Shown here piece after piece: positions 22,186-43,074 of a DNA stretch of 64,000 nt. The notes below the pieces were generated by a model. It ran no database searches and had not been told where the DNA came from. It saw only the letters and a list, made by a program, of their open reading frames with translations. The DNA lies in NCBI GenBank assembly GCA_002269645.1, contig NIVC01002526.1:1-64000 (forward strand), written 5' to 3'. The position numbers and the translations under genes are program-made. Positions within the stretch are counted from its first letter, which is position 1, and every line of letters starts with the position of its first letter. Source of the stretch: Macrostomum lignano. Lineage: Eukaryota.

Positions 22186-25100
22186 ATGGCTGAAAAAGGC
22201 GACAATGATGATCTGGTCCCGGAGGACACTGGCTTCAAGCCGCCGGCGCCAAAGTCTCTGGACGAGATTCTCAACGCCGACAAGGACGATCCGTCCCTTG
22301 AGAATTATAAAAAGCAACTGCTCGGCAACACTGTGCCGCCTGTGTTTCCTGACAATCCTAGAAATGTGATTGTGCAGAAAATACAGATTGAATTCCTAGG
22401 CGAAAGCCGCGAGCCAGCCAACATCCAACTGATGGATGCGGATCTGTCAGTGCTTAAAAAGTCACCAATCGTGATCAAAGAAGGGGTAAATTATCGGGTG
22501 AAAGTGTTTTTCTATGTGCAACGTGAGATCGTGGCCGGTTTGCGGTACATCAACTGTTCGTACAAGATGGGCATACGAGGTGAGTTGCCCAGAATGTTAG
22601 TGTGAATGCGAGTATCTAATCTAAGAAGATTCCTATCAATAAGCTGCCCCTAATCCCCCAGAAAAGTTGCCATTTGACTGCCACTAATCCTTCAGAAGTG
22701 TTGCTACTAGACTGCCACTTATCCTCCAGAAGAGTTCCCATTGGACTGGCACAAATCCTCAAGAATATTAGCCATTAGACTGGCACTAATACCCCATAAG
22801 AGTCGTCTATAGACTGGCACTAATACCCCATAAGAGTCGTCATTAGACTGGCACTAATACCCCATAAGAGTCATCATTAGACTGGCACTAATACCCCATA
22901 AGAGTCGTCATTAGACTGGCACTAATACCCCATAAGAGTCGTCATTAGACTGGCACTAATACCCCATAAGAGTCGTCATTAGACTGGCACTAATACCCCA
23001 TAAGAGTCGTCATTAGACTGGCACTAATACCCCATAAGAGTCGTCATTAGACTGGCACTAATACCCCATAAGAGTCGTCATTAGACTGGCACTAATACCC
23101 CATAAGAGTCGTCATTAGACTGGCACTAATACCCCATAGAGTCGTCATTAGACTGGCACTAATACCCCATAGAGTCGTCATTTGACTGGCACTAATACCC
23201 CATAAGAGTCGTCATTAGACTGGCACTAATACCCCATAAGAGTCGTCATTAGACTGGCACTAATACCCCATAGAGTCGTCATTAGACTGGCACTAATACC
23301 CCATAGAGTCGTCATTAGACTGGCACTAATACCCCATAGAGTCGTCATTAGACTGGCACTAATACCCCATAAGAGTCGTCATTAGACTGGCACTAATACC
23401 CCATAAGAGTCGTCATTAGACTGGCACTAATACCCCATAAGAGTCGTCATTAGACTGGCACTAATACCCCATAAGAGTCGTCATTAGACTGGCACTAATA
23501 CCCCATAGAGTCGTCATTAGACTGGCACTAATACCCCATAGAGTCGTCATTAGACTGGCACTAATACCCCATAAGAGTCGTCATTAGACTGGCACTAATA
23601 CCCCATAAGAGTCGTCATTAGACTGGCACTAATACCCCATAAGAGTCGTCATTAGACTGGCACTAATCCTCTAAAAGAGAGCCATTAGACTGGCACTAAT
23701 CCTCTCAACGAGAGCCATTATACTGGCACTAATCCTCTAAAAGAGAGCCATTATACTGGCACTAATCCTCTAAAAGAGAGCCATTAGGCTGGCACTAATC
23801 CTCTAAAAGAGAGCCATTATACTGGCACTAATCCTCTAAAAGAGAGCCATTAGGCTGGCACTAATACCCCATAAGAGTCGACATTAGACTGGCACTAATC
23901 CTCTCAAAGAGAGCCATTAGACTGGCACTAATCCTCTAAAAGAGAGCCATTATACTGGCACTAATCATCTAAAAGAGAGCCATTAGGCTGGCACTAATCC
24001 TCTAAAAGAGAGCCATTAGACTGGCACTAATACCCCATAAGAGTCGTCATTAGACTGGCACTAATACCCCATAAGAGTCGTCATTAGACTGGCACTAATA
24101 CCCCATAAGAGTCGTCATTAGACTGGCATCCTCTCAAAGAGAGCCATTAGACTGGCATAGAAATTCTAAGCCATAGAAAAGTGCTTATTAAACGCAGCTG
24201 AAAGAGAACGCAAAAAAGAAGTGTGTGCACAGAGTAGAAAATTTTGTATAATACTCGTAAAAAACCAACGTAACACTACAGCAATGCACATTTGGCATGA
24301 CTCAAGTTCGTGTTCAGGTTGGCAATATAGCAGAGTTTGCCGCCTTAGTGTGAAGTGCTTGGGCTGTACAATGTGTAGAGTTATATGTAGTGTCCTGTGA
24401 CCAGTTTAGATATTCTCTGAGCGTTTACGTGTATGGCAAATTTAGTAATCTGGCATATAATATAGCTTCAATGCGCAGTGTTTGCTTAGCAGCTGGCACA
24501 GTGGCATTATCTGTCCCAACTTTAATAGGCACAAATGAACAACTGCCGCGTCAAGTTGTGTGCAATGCATTGACTTATTAAGTATGTTAACGTTTTAGTA
24601 AAGTACGTAGATTCTAATAAATAGAGTCCCAGCCTTGACCAGCTAGCTAGCTCACTCACTGCTCAGCACCACAGCTACATAAACCCTAGATTAGTTCACC
24701 CTGGTTCCGATAGTTATGCTTATTCCAAGGGCAGAAATAGAGGAGCTGTTTTTAGAACAATATTGCCAGAAACAAACTAAAAAAACATTTAGTAGATGAT
24801 CAAATAAAGACAATAGACAAAAAATTTAGAACAAACACAAAATTACCTATGAGTTAATGCAGAGTGACCTATCATTTAATATTGCTTTTGTCATGCTAAG
24901 TCAGCAAACAGACATTCAAAGTTGAAAGCCTACATAACAAACTCAGGTGGGGCCATAGACAACACGCAAACTTGCAATTTAGCACTGACGTTAATCAACT
25001 CATTTACTGTGAAATATAAACTGCAAGTTTGTGCTGTCCACGGCCCAACCTGTGTTTGATCTGTAGGCTTTCAACTTTCGATGACCGTAGATGACCTTGA

Positions 25101-25367
25101 CATGACAAATTTTGGATGACCTGTGCTCGGCGCACCCCTAGCAATGACTCACTTAACTGTCCCTCAGTTGCCAAGGACGACCTGATGGTTGGCAGCTACC
25201 CCCCGAAGGCCGAGCCGCACGTGTACAGCAGCCCGGCACAAGAGGCTCCCAGCGGCATGATGGCCCGCGGCACTTACACTATAAAGTCGCGCTTTACCGA
25301 CGATGACAGGAACGACTTCTTGTCCTGGGAGTGGGCCATCAAGATCAAGGACTCGTGGAAGGACTGA
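22186..25367 (+). CDS. RhoGDI: Rho GDP-dissociation inhibitor, 2 exons, 197 aa
   Basis: Exons 22186-22579 and 25168-25367 (594 nt). Motifs GFKPPAPKSLDEILNADKDDPSLENYKKQLLG, IKEGVNYR, REIVAGLRY, MVGSYPPK, EAPSGMMARGTY, SRFTDDD, WEWAIKIKDSW. Confidence 0.97.
22775..24157. repeat. 33/34-bp minisatellite (ATTAGACTGGCACTAATACCCCATAAGAGTCGTC and a ...CCTCTAAAAGAGAGCC variant), about 41 copies, in the RhoGDI intron
   Basis: Period is visible. Degenerate precursor-like units lie at 22640-22775, and a block of the second variant at ~23670-24020. Confidence 0.96.
24918..25078. repeat. Imperfect inverted repeat (about 58-bp arms, about 45-nt loop) near the 3' end of the RhoGDI intron
   Basis: Left arm AAAGTTGAAAGCCTACA...CAAACTTGCA (24918-24976). 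Right arm TGCAAGTTTG...TGTAGGCTTTCAACTTT (25022-25078). Confidence 0.85.
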
Positions 25368-25517
25368 TCAATTAAGCAACTCTCTTTAATTCTAATTAGA
25401 CCGATTTGAGACATGGAAAATAAAAATTACCTTTTTTATCGTTCGCTTATCCCGTGAATCCACAGGCCCCTGGTTACCTGGAATGGAAACGGACCCGCGC
25501 ATCACCCCAAGATCTTA

Positions 25518-25835
25518 CCTCCCATCCCAGCTCCCCAATCCCGGCTCCCCAAATCCCAGCTCCCCAATCCCATTTCCCCAACCCCAGCTCCACAATCCCG
25601 GCTCTCCAAATCCCAGCTGCCCAACCCCAGCTCCCTAATCCCGGCTCCCCAAATCCCAGCTGCCCAACCCCAGCTGCCCAACCCCAGCTCTCCAATCCCG
25701 GCTCCACAATCCCGGCTCCCCAAATCCCAGCTGCCCAACCCCAGCTGCCCAACCCCAGCTCCCTAATCCCGGCTCCCCAAATCCCAGCTGCCCAACCCCA
25801 GCTCCCCAACCCCAGCTCCCCAAATCCCAGCTCCC
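25518..25835. repeat. C-rich compound tandem repeat (CCCAGCTCCCCAA / ATCCCGGCTCC units) downstream of the RhoGDI stop
   Basis: Short related units with CCC/CCCC runs are visible directly. Confidence 0.9.
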
Positions 25836-26689
25836 TATCTAAGGTGTTCTACTTGTTCTTCCCATCGCTTGCGTGTTGCCACTCATGGATAGGATTCTGT
25901 GGCAGGTGCGGGTCCTCTTCCAGTCCATGTAACCAGTAGTCCTTGGCCTCTATATATTTCATTGCCTGGATAGGCCACAATCGGTGCTTAGCCTTCATTG
26001 ATTTATAACAATATATTCAAGCGATTTTTTATCTTGCTCTTCCAAAGCTGATGAGTCTATCCGGATATTATCGAAATGACATTAATTTCCATTAAATAAT
26101 TAGTTAACCCGAGTTTTCTACACGTATTTTTATTTTTTATTTTATATCTATCGGTGTGCTATGTTTTAATTATCGAACATTCGATTTTTAATTGTTTGTT
26201 TTTAGTATATGTATTGAACCAATACTCGCCTGATCAACCTGTTCGGACCCCCGCCTCCGCAGGCCCCTGTCTGACTAGAGAGACCTCCCATCCTTATACT
26301 CCAGCCAACCTACTGACAGTAGTGTACCGGCATCAAACTATAACTGCGTAAAAATGTTATTCAAGTTTATGGGGGACCGCTTTCTCCTCCTGGCCTCCAG
26401 CGCGGGGCCTTAACTCCGTTTATAATTGAGTGTTTTTTAATATGATAATTGGCCAAAAATCATTATCAATTGTTGCGTGCGCGAAATTTTACTGATCTGT
26501 GTGTGTGTTTTATTAATAACAAAAATATATACTTAAATACAAGATAACGGTCTTGTAAGCGTTAGAACTTTTCTTAACAATAAAAAACACTTTAAGTTTG
26601 TCTGCTGGCTTATTAATTTATCATCCTTGATCACTTATAATTTAGTGATATCTCATTGTTTCTCTTACTTTGCCTTTCAGCGCATCTGA

Positions 26690-29600
26690 ATGGGGAAATG
26701 GAAAGGTAAGCCGTTTCATTCGTTTATTTTGGGTAAATGTCACTCAGGGATCTTCTTCGCTACTAGGAGTCACATTAAAAGTACTTTTGCGTGTACTTTA
26801 CTTTTCCAGACTGTTCCAGACTTGCCTGCGTGCCGGTCCTGTTCTGCATCTACACTGCCTACCTGTACACCCTCGCCACTGTCTACAGGCCAGCCATTGC
26901 TGAGAATCAGTTAAAAGGCAGCAAAAAGTGAGTTAGGCTGTTTTGTTCAGTGTTTTGCACTTCTTCAGATTTACTAAATAGTTTGTTTATTGGGGTTAAC
27001 CAGTGTGCTTCCAGTGTGCTGCAGCCACTTCCCATCAGCTTCCAGTGTGCTTCAGCCACTTCCCATCAGCTTCCAGTGTGCTGCAGCCACTTTCCATCAG
27101 CTTCCAGTGTGCTGCAGTCACTTCCCATCAGCTTCCAGTGTGCTGCAGCCACTTCCCATCAGCTTCCAGTGTGCTTCAGCCACTTCCCATCAGCTTCCAG
27201 TGTGCTGCAGTCACTTCCCATCAGCTTCCAGTGTGCTGCAGCCACTTCCCATCAGCTTCCAGTGTGCTGCAGTCACTTCCCATCAGCTTCCAGTGTGCTG
27301 CAGCCACTTTCCATCAGCTTCCAGTGTGCTGCAGTCACTTCCCATCAGCTTCCAGTGTGCTTCAGCCACTTCCCATCAGCTTCCAGTGTGCTGCAGCCAC
27401 TTCCCATCAGCTTCCAGTGTGCTGCAGTCACTTCCCATCAGCTTCCAGTGTGCAGCAGCCACTTCCCATCAGCTTCCAGTGTGCAGCAGCCACTTTCCAT
27501 CAGCTTCCAGTGTGCTGCAGTCACTTCCCATCAGCTTCCAGTGTGCTTCAGCCACTTCCCATCAGCTTCCAGTGTGCTGCAGCCACTTCCCATCAGCTTC
27601 CAGTGTGCTGCAGTCACTTCCCATCAGCTTCCAGTGTGCAGCAGCCACTTTCCATCAGCTTCCAGTGTGCTGCAGTCACTTCCCATCAGCTTCCAGTGTG
27701 CAGCAGCCACTTCCCATCAGCTTCCAGTGTGCTTCAGCCACTTCCCATCAGCTTCCAGTGTGCAGCAGCCAGTGGACTGAGTGTACGCTATCACTGCCTG
27801 AGAAAGAGAGATAGAGTGATGCTCCACTGTACACACAGTACACTAGCTAGACTGAAAAGACGCAAGCATACACCTTCCTATCTCCTGGAGCCGCCTCAAT
27901 TGCAGCCAGAGCTATCAGACTCAAAATTGGCTTCTCTATGCTCAAATTTGCAGTGCCGAAATGAAATTTCCAACCAGCCTGGCCGATCTCAACCAGCTAG
28001 CCAGCTTATTGAAGTCATTCAAAGACGACCATCCCGGCTATGTGTTTGCGCTATTCTGCAGTGCCTACGTCTATAAACAGTGCTTCGCCATTCCTGGCTC
28101 CGTTTTTATGGTTAGAGCTGCTGCTGCAGTGCTCGCGTTACTGTGACTTCCCTGCTTCTTAGTCCCGAATTTTCTAAGCTTGAATCCCTCAGTCTGTCAA
28201 TCTCGCTCATCAATTGTCGGTTTTCAACTTGTCTTCAATTTTTAAAAATCTTACTTAGATTCTCATCAATATTTTATTAAACCACTAAATGTCGTCTAGA
28301 TTCCCAACAATCTCACCCAGATTCCCAACAATCTCACCCAGATTCCCAATAATCTCACCCAGATTCTCAACAATCTCACCCAGATTCCCAACAATCTCAC
28401 CCAGATTCTCAACAATCTCACCCAGATTCCCAAAAATCTCAGCTAGATTCCCAACAATCTCACCCAGATTCCCACAAATCTCACCCAGATTCCCAACAAG
28501 CTCACCCAGATTCCCAAAAATCTCACCCAGATTCCCAACAATCTCACCCAGATTCCCAAAAATCTCACCCAGATTCCCAACAATCTCACCCAGATTCCCA
28601 CAAATCTCACCCAGATTCTCAACAACCTCACCCAGATTCCTAACAATCCGATTTCCCATCAATCTCACCAAGAGTATATTAATCTTATCAATCCGCAGAA
28701 CCTCCTTGGCGGCGCGCTGTTCGGCCTTGCGCGCGGTTTTCCTCTGTGCTGCTTGCTGACAGCCTGCGGCGCCACCGGCTGCTACCTGATGTCGCGCCAC
28801 TTCGGCAAGCGCCTGGTTGAGCGGGCTTTTCACAGGCGCCTGGAGCCGCTGCGCCGGCGAGTGCAGCAAAATCGGCGCTCCCTGTTCGCTATGCTGCTGT
28901 CCCTGCGCCTGTTCCCCATGTCGCCCAACTGGTTTCTCAACATGGCCTCGCCGCTACTGGGCGTACCGCTGCTCCACTTCTTCCCCTCCGTGTTTCTCGG
29001 TGAGAATTTTATTGCTGCATTCATTGAAGGTAATCGAGTCATGCAGTGTCTAGAGCACTCCAGTCATGCAGTGTCTAGAGCACTCCAGTCATTCAGTGTC
29101 TAGAGCACTCCAGTCCTTCAGTGTCTAGAGCACTCCAGTCCTTCAGTGTCTAGAGCACTCCAGTCATTCAGTGTCTAGAGCACTCCAGTCATGCAGTGTC
29201 TAGAGCACTCCAGTCATTCAGTGTCTAGAGCACTCCAGTCCTTCAGTGTCTAGAGCACTCCAGTCATTCAGTGTCTAGAGCACTCCAGTCATTCAGTGTC
29301 TAGAGCACTCCAGTCATTCAGTGTCTAGAGCACTCCAGTCATGCAGTGTCTAGAGCACTCCAATATTTACAGTAAAATCAGTAAATGGGTCGTGGAAAGA
29401 TTTCCACTACTATGGAATGCGCTTATTAAGTCACTTATTAAACATGCATTTCGCAGTATTGATAGCAATATATACGAGTACAAATTACAAATCTCCCTTT
29501 GGCAGGCCTAATGCCTTACAATTTCATCACGGTCGAAGCCGGCTGCATGCTCAGCAGTTTAACCTCAGTCAGCGACCTGTTCTCAACGGGCACCATGTTG

Positions 29601-29723
29601 AAACTCACCGTCTTGTCCGGCCTTGTGGCCGCGTTTGTCTTGCTAAAAAGGCGTTACGCCTCCCCTGAAACCTTGAGGCAGTCGGAGTACAGCGACGGCC
29701 TCCTAAATGGAAAGGGGCTATGA
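26690..29723 (+). CDS. TMEM41A: TMEM41A-like VTT/DedA-family membrane protein, 5 exons, 269 aa
   Basis: Exons 26690-26705, 26810-26927, 27954-28110, 28699-28999, 29506-29723 (810 nt, phases consistent). Motifs [68 protein letters not shown]. The two short 5' exons are less certain. Confidence 0.9.
27000..27770. repeat. 31-bp minisatellite (CAGCTTCCAGTGTGCTGCAGCCACTTCCCAT), about 25 copies, TMEM41A intron 2
   Basis: Period is visible; lies inside intron 26928-27953. Confidence 0.96.
28298..28655. repeat. 21-bp minisatellite (ATTCCCAACAATCTCACCCAG), about 17 copies, TMEM41A intron 3
   Basis: Period is visible; ends about 40 nt before the acceptor at 28698. Confidence 0.95.
29041..29362. repeat. 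25-bp minisatellite (GTGTCTAGAGCACTCCAGTCATTCA), about 13 copies, TMEM41A intron 4
   Basis: Period is visible; begins about 40 nt after the donor at 29000. Confidence 0.95.
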
Positions 29724-30817
29724 AATAGTCAATTTTATATAGATGTTTACAGTTCCATTCGACCTGGGGATTCGCTGACGGACGCAAATGAAAATACTCG
29801 CATTGTTGTGTCTGAATCAGATCTCCGTACTCGTGGCACTGTGCTTATAGTTATAGTTTGTTTTCTTCTGATAACCAGCTCCTGTTTTTGCACGTTATAA
29901 GCGCACGTTTTCACACAGCTGTTCCCTATAGGCAGCCTTTTGTTGTGGTTGCATTTTGCTTTAATGCAGTTCTGCTTCAGAAAACAAGCAAAAATAAATC
30001 GAACAAAGATTAGGTTGCTACCTTTTGCCGAGAATTCGTATGCATAATTAAACTGAATACCTTCTGGTTTAGACTTTTCACCTGTGGTAGTGGTCTATAA
30101 AAGCCATTAAAAGGTAGGGTCTCTACTGGCGGGGTCTGGCATTAGCACCCACTATCGGTAGGGTCCGGTGGAAATGAGCAAAATTGATTTCGAGTAGGAC
30201 ATCTACAGGGTTGAAAATTGGATGACAAAAACTGAGGACTTGTTCACACCGCCGTCAAGTAGGCTATTAAATCGCATGACTGATGTACAAAGCGATGAGA
30301 AATGAAGTACAAATCGGTAATCGCATAAATTGGCCTCGTTTGATGGCGAGGTGTTCTGTCGGTCATCGAATTGTCAAAGAAGTCGCCTGCTACATCAACC
30401 GTGTTTCAGAGAATCGAATACTTTGTGATGATGAGCACTGTTGACTTTGACTGCTGTCATTTCCCTGCTCCTTGTGTTAGGCATTGGCAGCTCCGGTGAG
30501 CGCTTATGCCAGTCCTACGAGTACATTGGATGACAGTCCCAGTGGCTTATTTCAAATGAGAACTACTGAGCAAAATCAGCTTTGAATGTTCAAAAAACAA
30601 TTGTGTGAGATAAAATTCTTTGCACAAGTTTTATTTCTTTGTGACTATTATATTTCACAGTTTACAATGTAACTTTAAAAGATTTTTTACCTGGATGAAT
30701 TGATTTTTCGGGGAGTAATAAAATACAACAATTGCTTTTGTAAGTAACTCTTCATGGGAGTTCGACACAATACAGAAGTTTTTGCCTCAACAAAAAATGA
30801 GTGACGCTGACGAAAAA

Positions 30818-31891
30818 TTACTGCTGATCGAGCGACATTCGAGTCCGACTGCCGCTCAAACTGCTGTGGTATTTGGTAGCGCATTTATCGCACTCGTAGA
30901 TCTTGGTCGTCAGTGACAGGGCCATGAACGGGCAGCTGAACAGGGTCTCGCGGTGGCTTCTGGTCTCTCGCATGCAGCCTCTGGCGCCATCGCAGCTAGG
31001 CTCTAGTTCTCGGGCTCGCTCATCTCTGCCGCACCTGTCCCGCACCCATTGCTGAGCCTTTTGAGCTGGGAGCGGTCTCTCTTCCTGCTCACTTTGGCTG
31101 GAGTCGCTGTCGTCTTCGCCGTAGAACGACGTCCACCTGTCCTCATTGTTGCACCGCACCAAGTTGCGGCTGCTTCGTCTCTGCAACTGCAGCCGTCGAA
31201 GTGAGTCGTTGAGCTTCCGATTGAGCAGCACATTGCTCTCCGCGTGATTGCCAGCGTAAATCTTGTTTGGTTGCTGCTCCTGCATCATTCGTCCGTGCTT
31301 GTGCTGCTGCAGCAACTGCGGCTTGCAGGCCGTTCTTCTCTGCCGCTGCTGTCTCAACGTAAAGTCGTATATCTTGCTTTGGTTGGAAATGTTGTCGTTC
31401 CAACGCTGCGCAGGGCTGATCGAATCCTCATGCTGCCGCCCTGCGCTGCGACCGCGCCGGTACCTGTACGGGTTCGCAGTGGGCGACGAATACGCCGGCT
31501 GGATTGGCTGCGGCGACATCGAGTCATGTCGGCGACTCCGACGCCTGGTCGACTGCTGGCGGTTCGAAGAGTTGGCATCGCGCACTGCCAGTTTGATGAG
31601 GCGGTCGTAGTCACGTCCATGGTTCCCATTGTCTAGAATCCTTGAGTTGAAGCTGCACTCTGAACTCGGGCTGCTTGTCTGGCTGTGTGTCCGAGTGGCT
31701 CCGATGTGACCAAGGGACAAGTACTTGCTGCTTCCGTTGCTGTCACTGCAGCTGGCATCGCTGCTGGCAGATGACTGAAAGCGATAGTGGCCTTTGGGGG
31801 CTTGGCCGAATGAAGTTCGGCGCCCAGCGGCAGCTTGGTAGTGGCTGCGATGGCTCGCCGTGGTCGAGGTTGCGCGAGTTCTTAACGGCAT
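30818..31891 (-). CDS. Uncharacterised 357-aa S/R/Q-rich protein with a Cys-containing C-terminus
   Basis: 1.07-kb stop-free GC-rich frame with exon-like composition (poly-Q, acidic run). The ATG at 31891 lies 16 nt after an acceptor TTTGGTTTATGCAG (31908). No family recognised; the TTG start at 32050 in the track is probably intronic or outron sequence. Confidence 0.6.
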   Translation of the reverse strand: MPLRTRATSTTASHRSHYQAAAGRRTSFGQAPKGHYRFQSSASSDASCSDSNGSSKYLSLGHIGATRTHSQTSSPSSECSFNSRILDNGNHGRDYDRLIKLAVRDANSSNRQQSTRRRSRRHDSMSPQPIQPAYSSPTANPYRYRRGRSAGRQHEDSISPAQRWNDNISNQSKIYDFTLRQQRQRRTACKPQLLQQHKHGRMMQEQQPNKIYAGNHAESNVLLNRKLNDSLRRLQLQRRSSRNLVRCNNEDRWTSFYGEDDSDSSQSEQEERPLPAQKAQQWVRDRCGRDERARELEPSCDGARGCMRETRSHRETLFSCPFMALSLTTKIYECDKCATKYHSSLSGSRTRMSLDQQ

Positions 31892-32097
31892 AATAGGAAC
31901 TAGTCGGCTGCATAAACCAAACACCACCGACTTCTTACATTTGTATTTTTGAATTTCGATTGTAACCTCAGGTTTCTGTAGTTTTCGTAGCTTAAATTTT
32001 TCGTGGGCCATAGACTCGTACAAGTGCTTCCTCTGTTTCGTATTTGGCAAGCACGAAACAGAATCGTTAATTAATCGTATATATATATATATATATA

Positions 32098-32403
32098 TTA
32101 AGACGCAGAGGGGAGAACCCTTGCGCGCACGCGATCGCAGAACAGGCGGAAGGGGCAGGCAGCAGCAGCCTGAGGGGTCAGGTCAAGCGCCTGCAAGTCA
32201 GCGATGAGGCAGTCCGTTAGAGTGGCAGTGCGGGCCTGGCCGCGGCGCAATTGCTCGGTCGGCCGGTGCAGCATGGCCAGGGCCAGAGGGACGGGCCTAC
32301 CGCGACCCAGGTCCGTAGGCAGTGGCCCAGCAGCATCTGGCGGCGCCGGCGCAGGGTAGCGCTCAGGGGCGGAGTTCCAGCGCGCCACCACTAGAATCAC
32401 CAT
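32098..32403 (-). CDS. Possible short ORF or exon (101 aa), unknown product
   Basis: GC-rich block between AT-rich flanks. The ATG lies 5 nt after an acceptor-like TTTACTAG (32409). No homology recognised. Confidence 0.35.
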   Translation of the reverse strand: MVILVVARWNSAPERYPAPAPPDAAGPLPTDLGRGRPVPLALAMLHRPTEQLRRGQARTATLTDCLIADLQALDLTPQAAAACPFRLFCDRVRARVLPSAS

Positions 32404-33812
32404 GGATTCTAGTAAATATTTTCAACCGCGTTAATCCCAAACATACATTGAACCAACCAAAACAAAGAGACTAAAACTAACGTATGGCCGATGACTCGAC
32501 AGGATGGAGTCTAGTTGTGACTAGTTGTGAGCCGCACAGTTCACTGTTGAAGAACGCAATAAGCAGTTTTTCCTCTCTTTCTGCAGTTCTTTTAGCAACT
32601 CCTGTATTGCCTACAGACAAGCTGCTCTTTCTTGCTTAACGAGTATTTACAGCTGTCAGATAATCTCAGTTCGCGATACCGATATTGGATGCTTAAGACC
32701 TGGACGGGTTCCAACGCAACAACATCTTCAGCAACGTATGGCTTTTGTTCTGCATCAGTAGATGCGCTTGCCACCTACTGCCATACCACATCCAACTAAA
32801 TTCTGTCGGGTTTACTGGTCTATCGCCAACTACGGTATAGAAGAGGTTTGTTAAGTACAGCGACAGTGCAGTTTTACACTTAGTTTAAGTATAGTTTGCA
32901 AGGACTAGTACATGCACGTCTTTACTAAATTGTAATTTAATTAATTCTTGCGTGATACGAGCCCTACGGGCCTAATTCGTGAAACATATGTTTGCACTGT
33001 TGACGACTGTACTCAATTAAGAAAAGAGGAAAAACAAAAACAGAAGTTATTTTATCAAGCAGTTTATAAGCACGGAACCGTTAGTCAGTCCTGAAAGCAA
33101 AAACAAAAAGCAGCGGCGATAGCGCAAGTGTACTGTGTTTATTTACATTTCCAATTTTTTTCAAACGCATTTTTAACAGACTCCTGTTTGGCGAATAATC
33201 AATTACGTATATTACGACATTTGAAAGCTTTTTGACTCATACGGGTATTTCATAACGGAAAAAGAGAAGAAACAGCGGACTCGCTATGAGATGCTGACTG
33301 CGTTTGTGGAGTGCCAGTTTTGCGACGCAAGCAAATGTGGCATTAGGTGAATTGCTGAGTTAAAGAGGGGCCAGCCGTGACTTCTGGCATTGGAGCACAA
33401 CACTTATTTAAGTTACAGTATATACATCTAGAATTGCAAAGTAATTTCGACTATTGTTGCTTAGTAAGTAGTATAAAAATCGATAAGATTATCATTTTTA
33501 AATCAGCGGTATCCATGTATGAATGCATGCAACTACAGCGTATTATATATGCATAATGGTCTGCTATGGTGCACTACAAGAGAGCTGTGATTTGTGTGTG
33601 CGTGCTCTGCTGATTGCGGTCTCGCACAGTTGCCAAGGAGGCAGTCATTTACGAGTACGAGTATTTTCTAGAACTGAGTCAATTCGGATACTTTAGTAGA
33701 AACGAAGGCTACTCCTAATAACGGAAGTTGATGAGAACTTCAATGGAGACGGCAGTCAGGGGGACGCTTTGGACGTCAATAAATACGGACCGACCAACCA
33801 GCGTATCCACCG

Positions 33813-42341
<8,529 letters not shown>

Positions 42342-43074
42342 GGTTCACTGTTTAGTTATAATGAGACTATTTGATACAACAGCGCAGATATCTTCTTGCG
42401 CTCTATATCTATATTGTATCTCTGCGTATTTTTCCTGGCTTTTTATTTAGCAAAAGAAGAAGAAAGCCGAGACTAGGGGAGGGGGGAGTCGATTCATTTT
42501 GAGAGCTGGGGCAGAGAGGAGAGAGAGCTGGCGGAATTCTGGTTGGCTGGTGAATGCGTTCACTGACTGGGGTTGCTGGAAGGTCAGGCCAGAGCTCCAC
42601 GAGGCCAACAGAGGGGGGAGGCCACTGGACTCGCTGTTTGGGTTGGCTGGGGTGCTGGAGGCGGCAACTGACTAACAACCCCTCCCAGCCGCTCCCTCGT
42701 TCTTCATGTACATTTGGCCCCGGCAGTGTGTGTTGTGTAATGCATGGGCCGGTCTGCCGTTGGAGGAGGAAACGGGAGGGTCGACCAGACGGAACCCGAG
42801 CTTTCCATATAGCTAAGCTAATGGCATGGCATGCTGGCTCTCGTGCCTGAATCGATTCGATATCCCCCCTAGCGTGTCCTGTCTGCCCGGTTCACAAGCC
42901 ATCCCAAATCCCAGTCAGTTAAATTTTAGTGGCTCTTGCCTACGCTACTGGCGTTTCCTCTCCTATGCCAGGAATGCCTGAATGAAAATTGCTTTCGTGA
43001 ATGAGCCAAGTAGCGGGCTGTCAGGTGATCATCAGCTGATCGCCACGTAACGCGACCCGTCCACATGATGCTGC

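Noticed and set aside
22775-24157. CRISPR-like constant hairpin plus variable segment
   Set aside because: Only two main recurring variants of the variable half occur. It is an intronic minisatellite.
26040-26100. Hammerhead-like CTGATGAG..CGAAA
   Set aside because: Stem II is discontinuous, and no stem I partner was found for the sequence 5' of CTGATGA.
26950-28076. Three overlapping 274-357 aa ORFs
   Set aside because: They are frame-rotating translations of the 31-bp array in TMEM41A intron 2.
28285-28869. 194-aa ORF with LRR- or pentapeptide-like NLGEIVG repeats
   Set aside because: It is antisense to TMEM41A across an intron and exon 4, and is explained by the 21-bp array.
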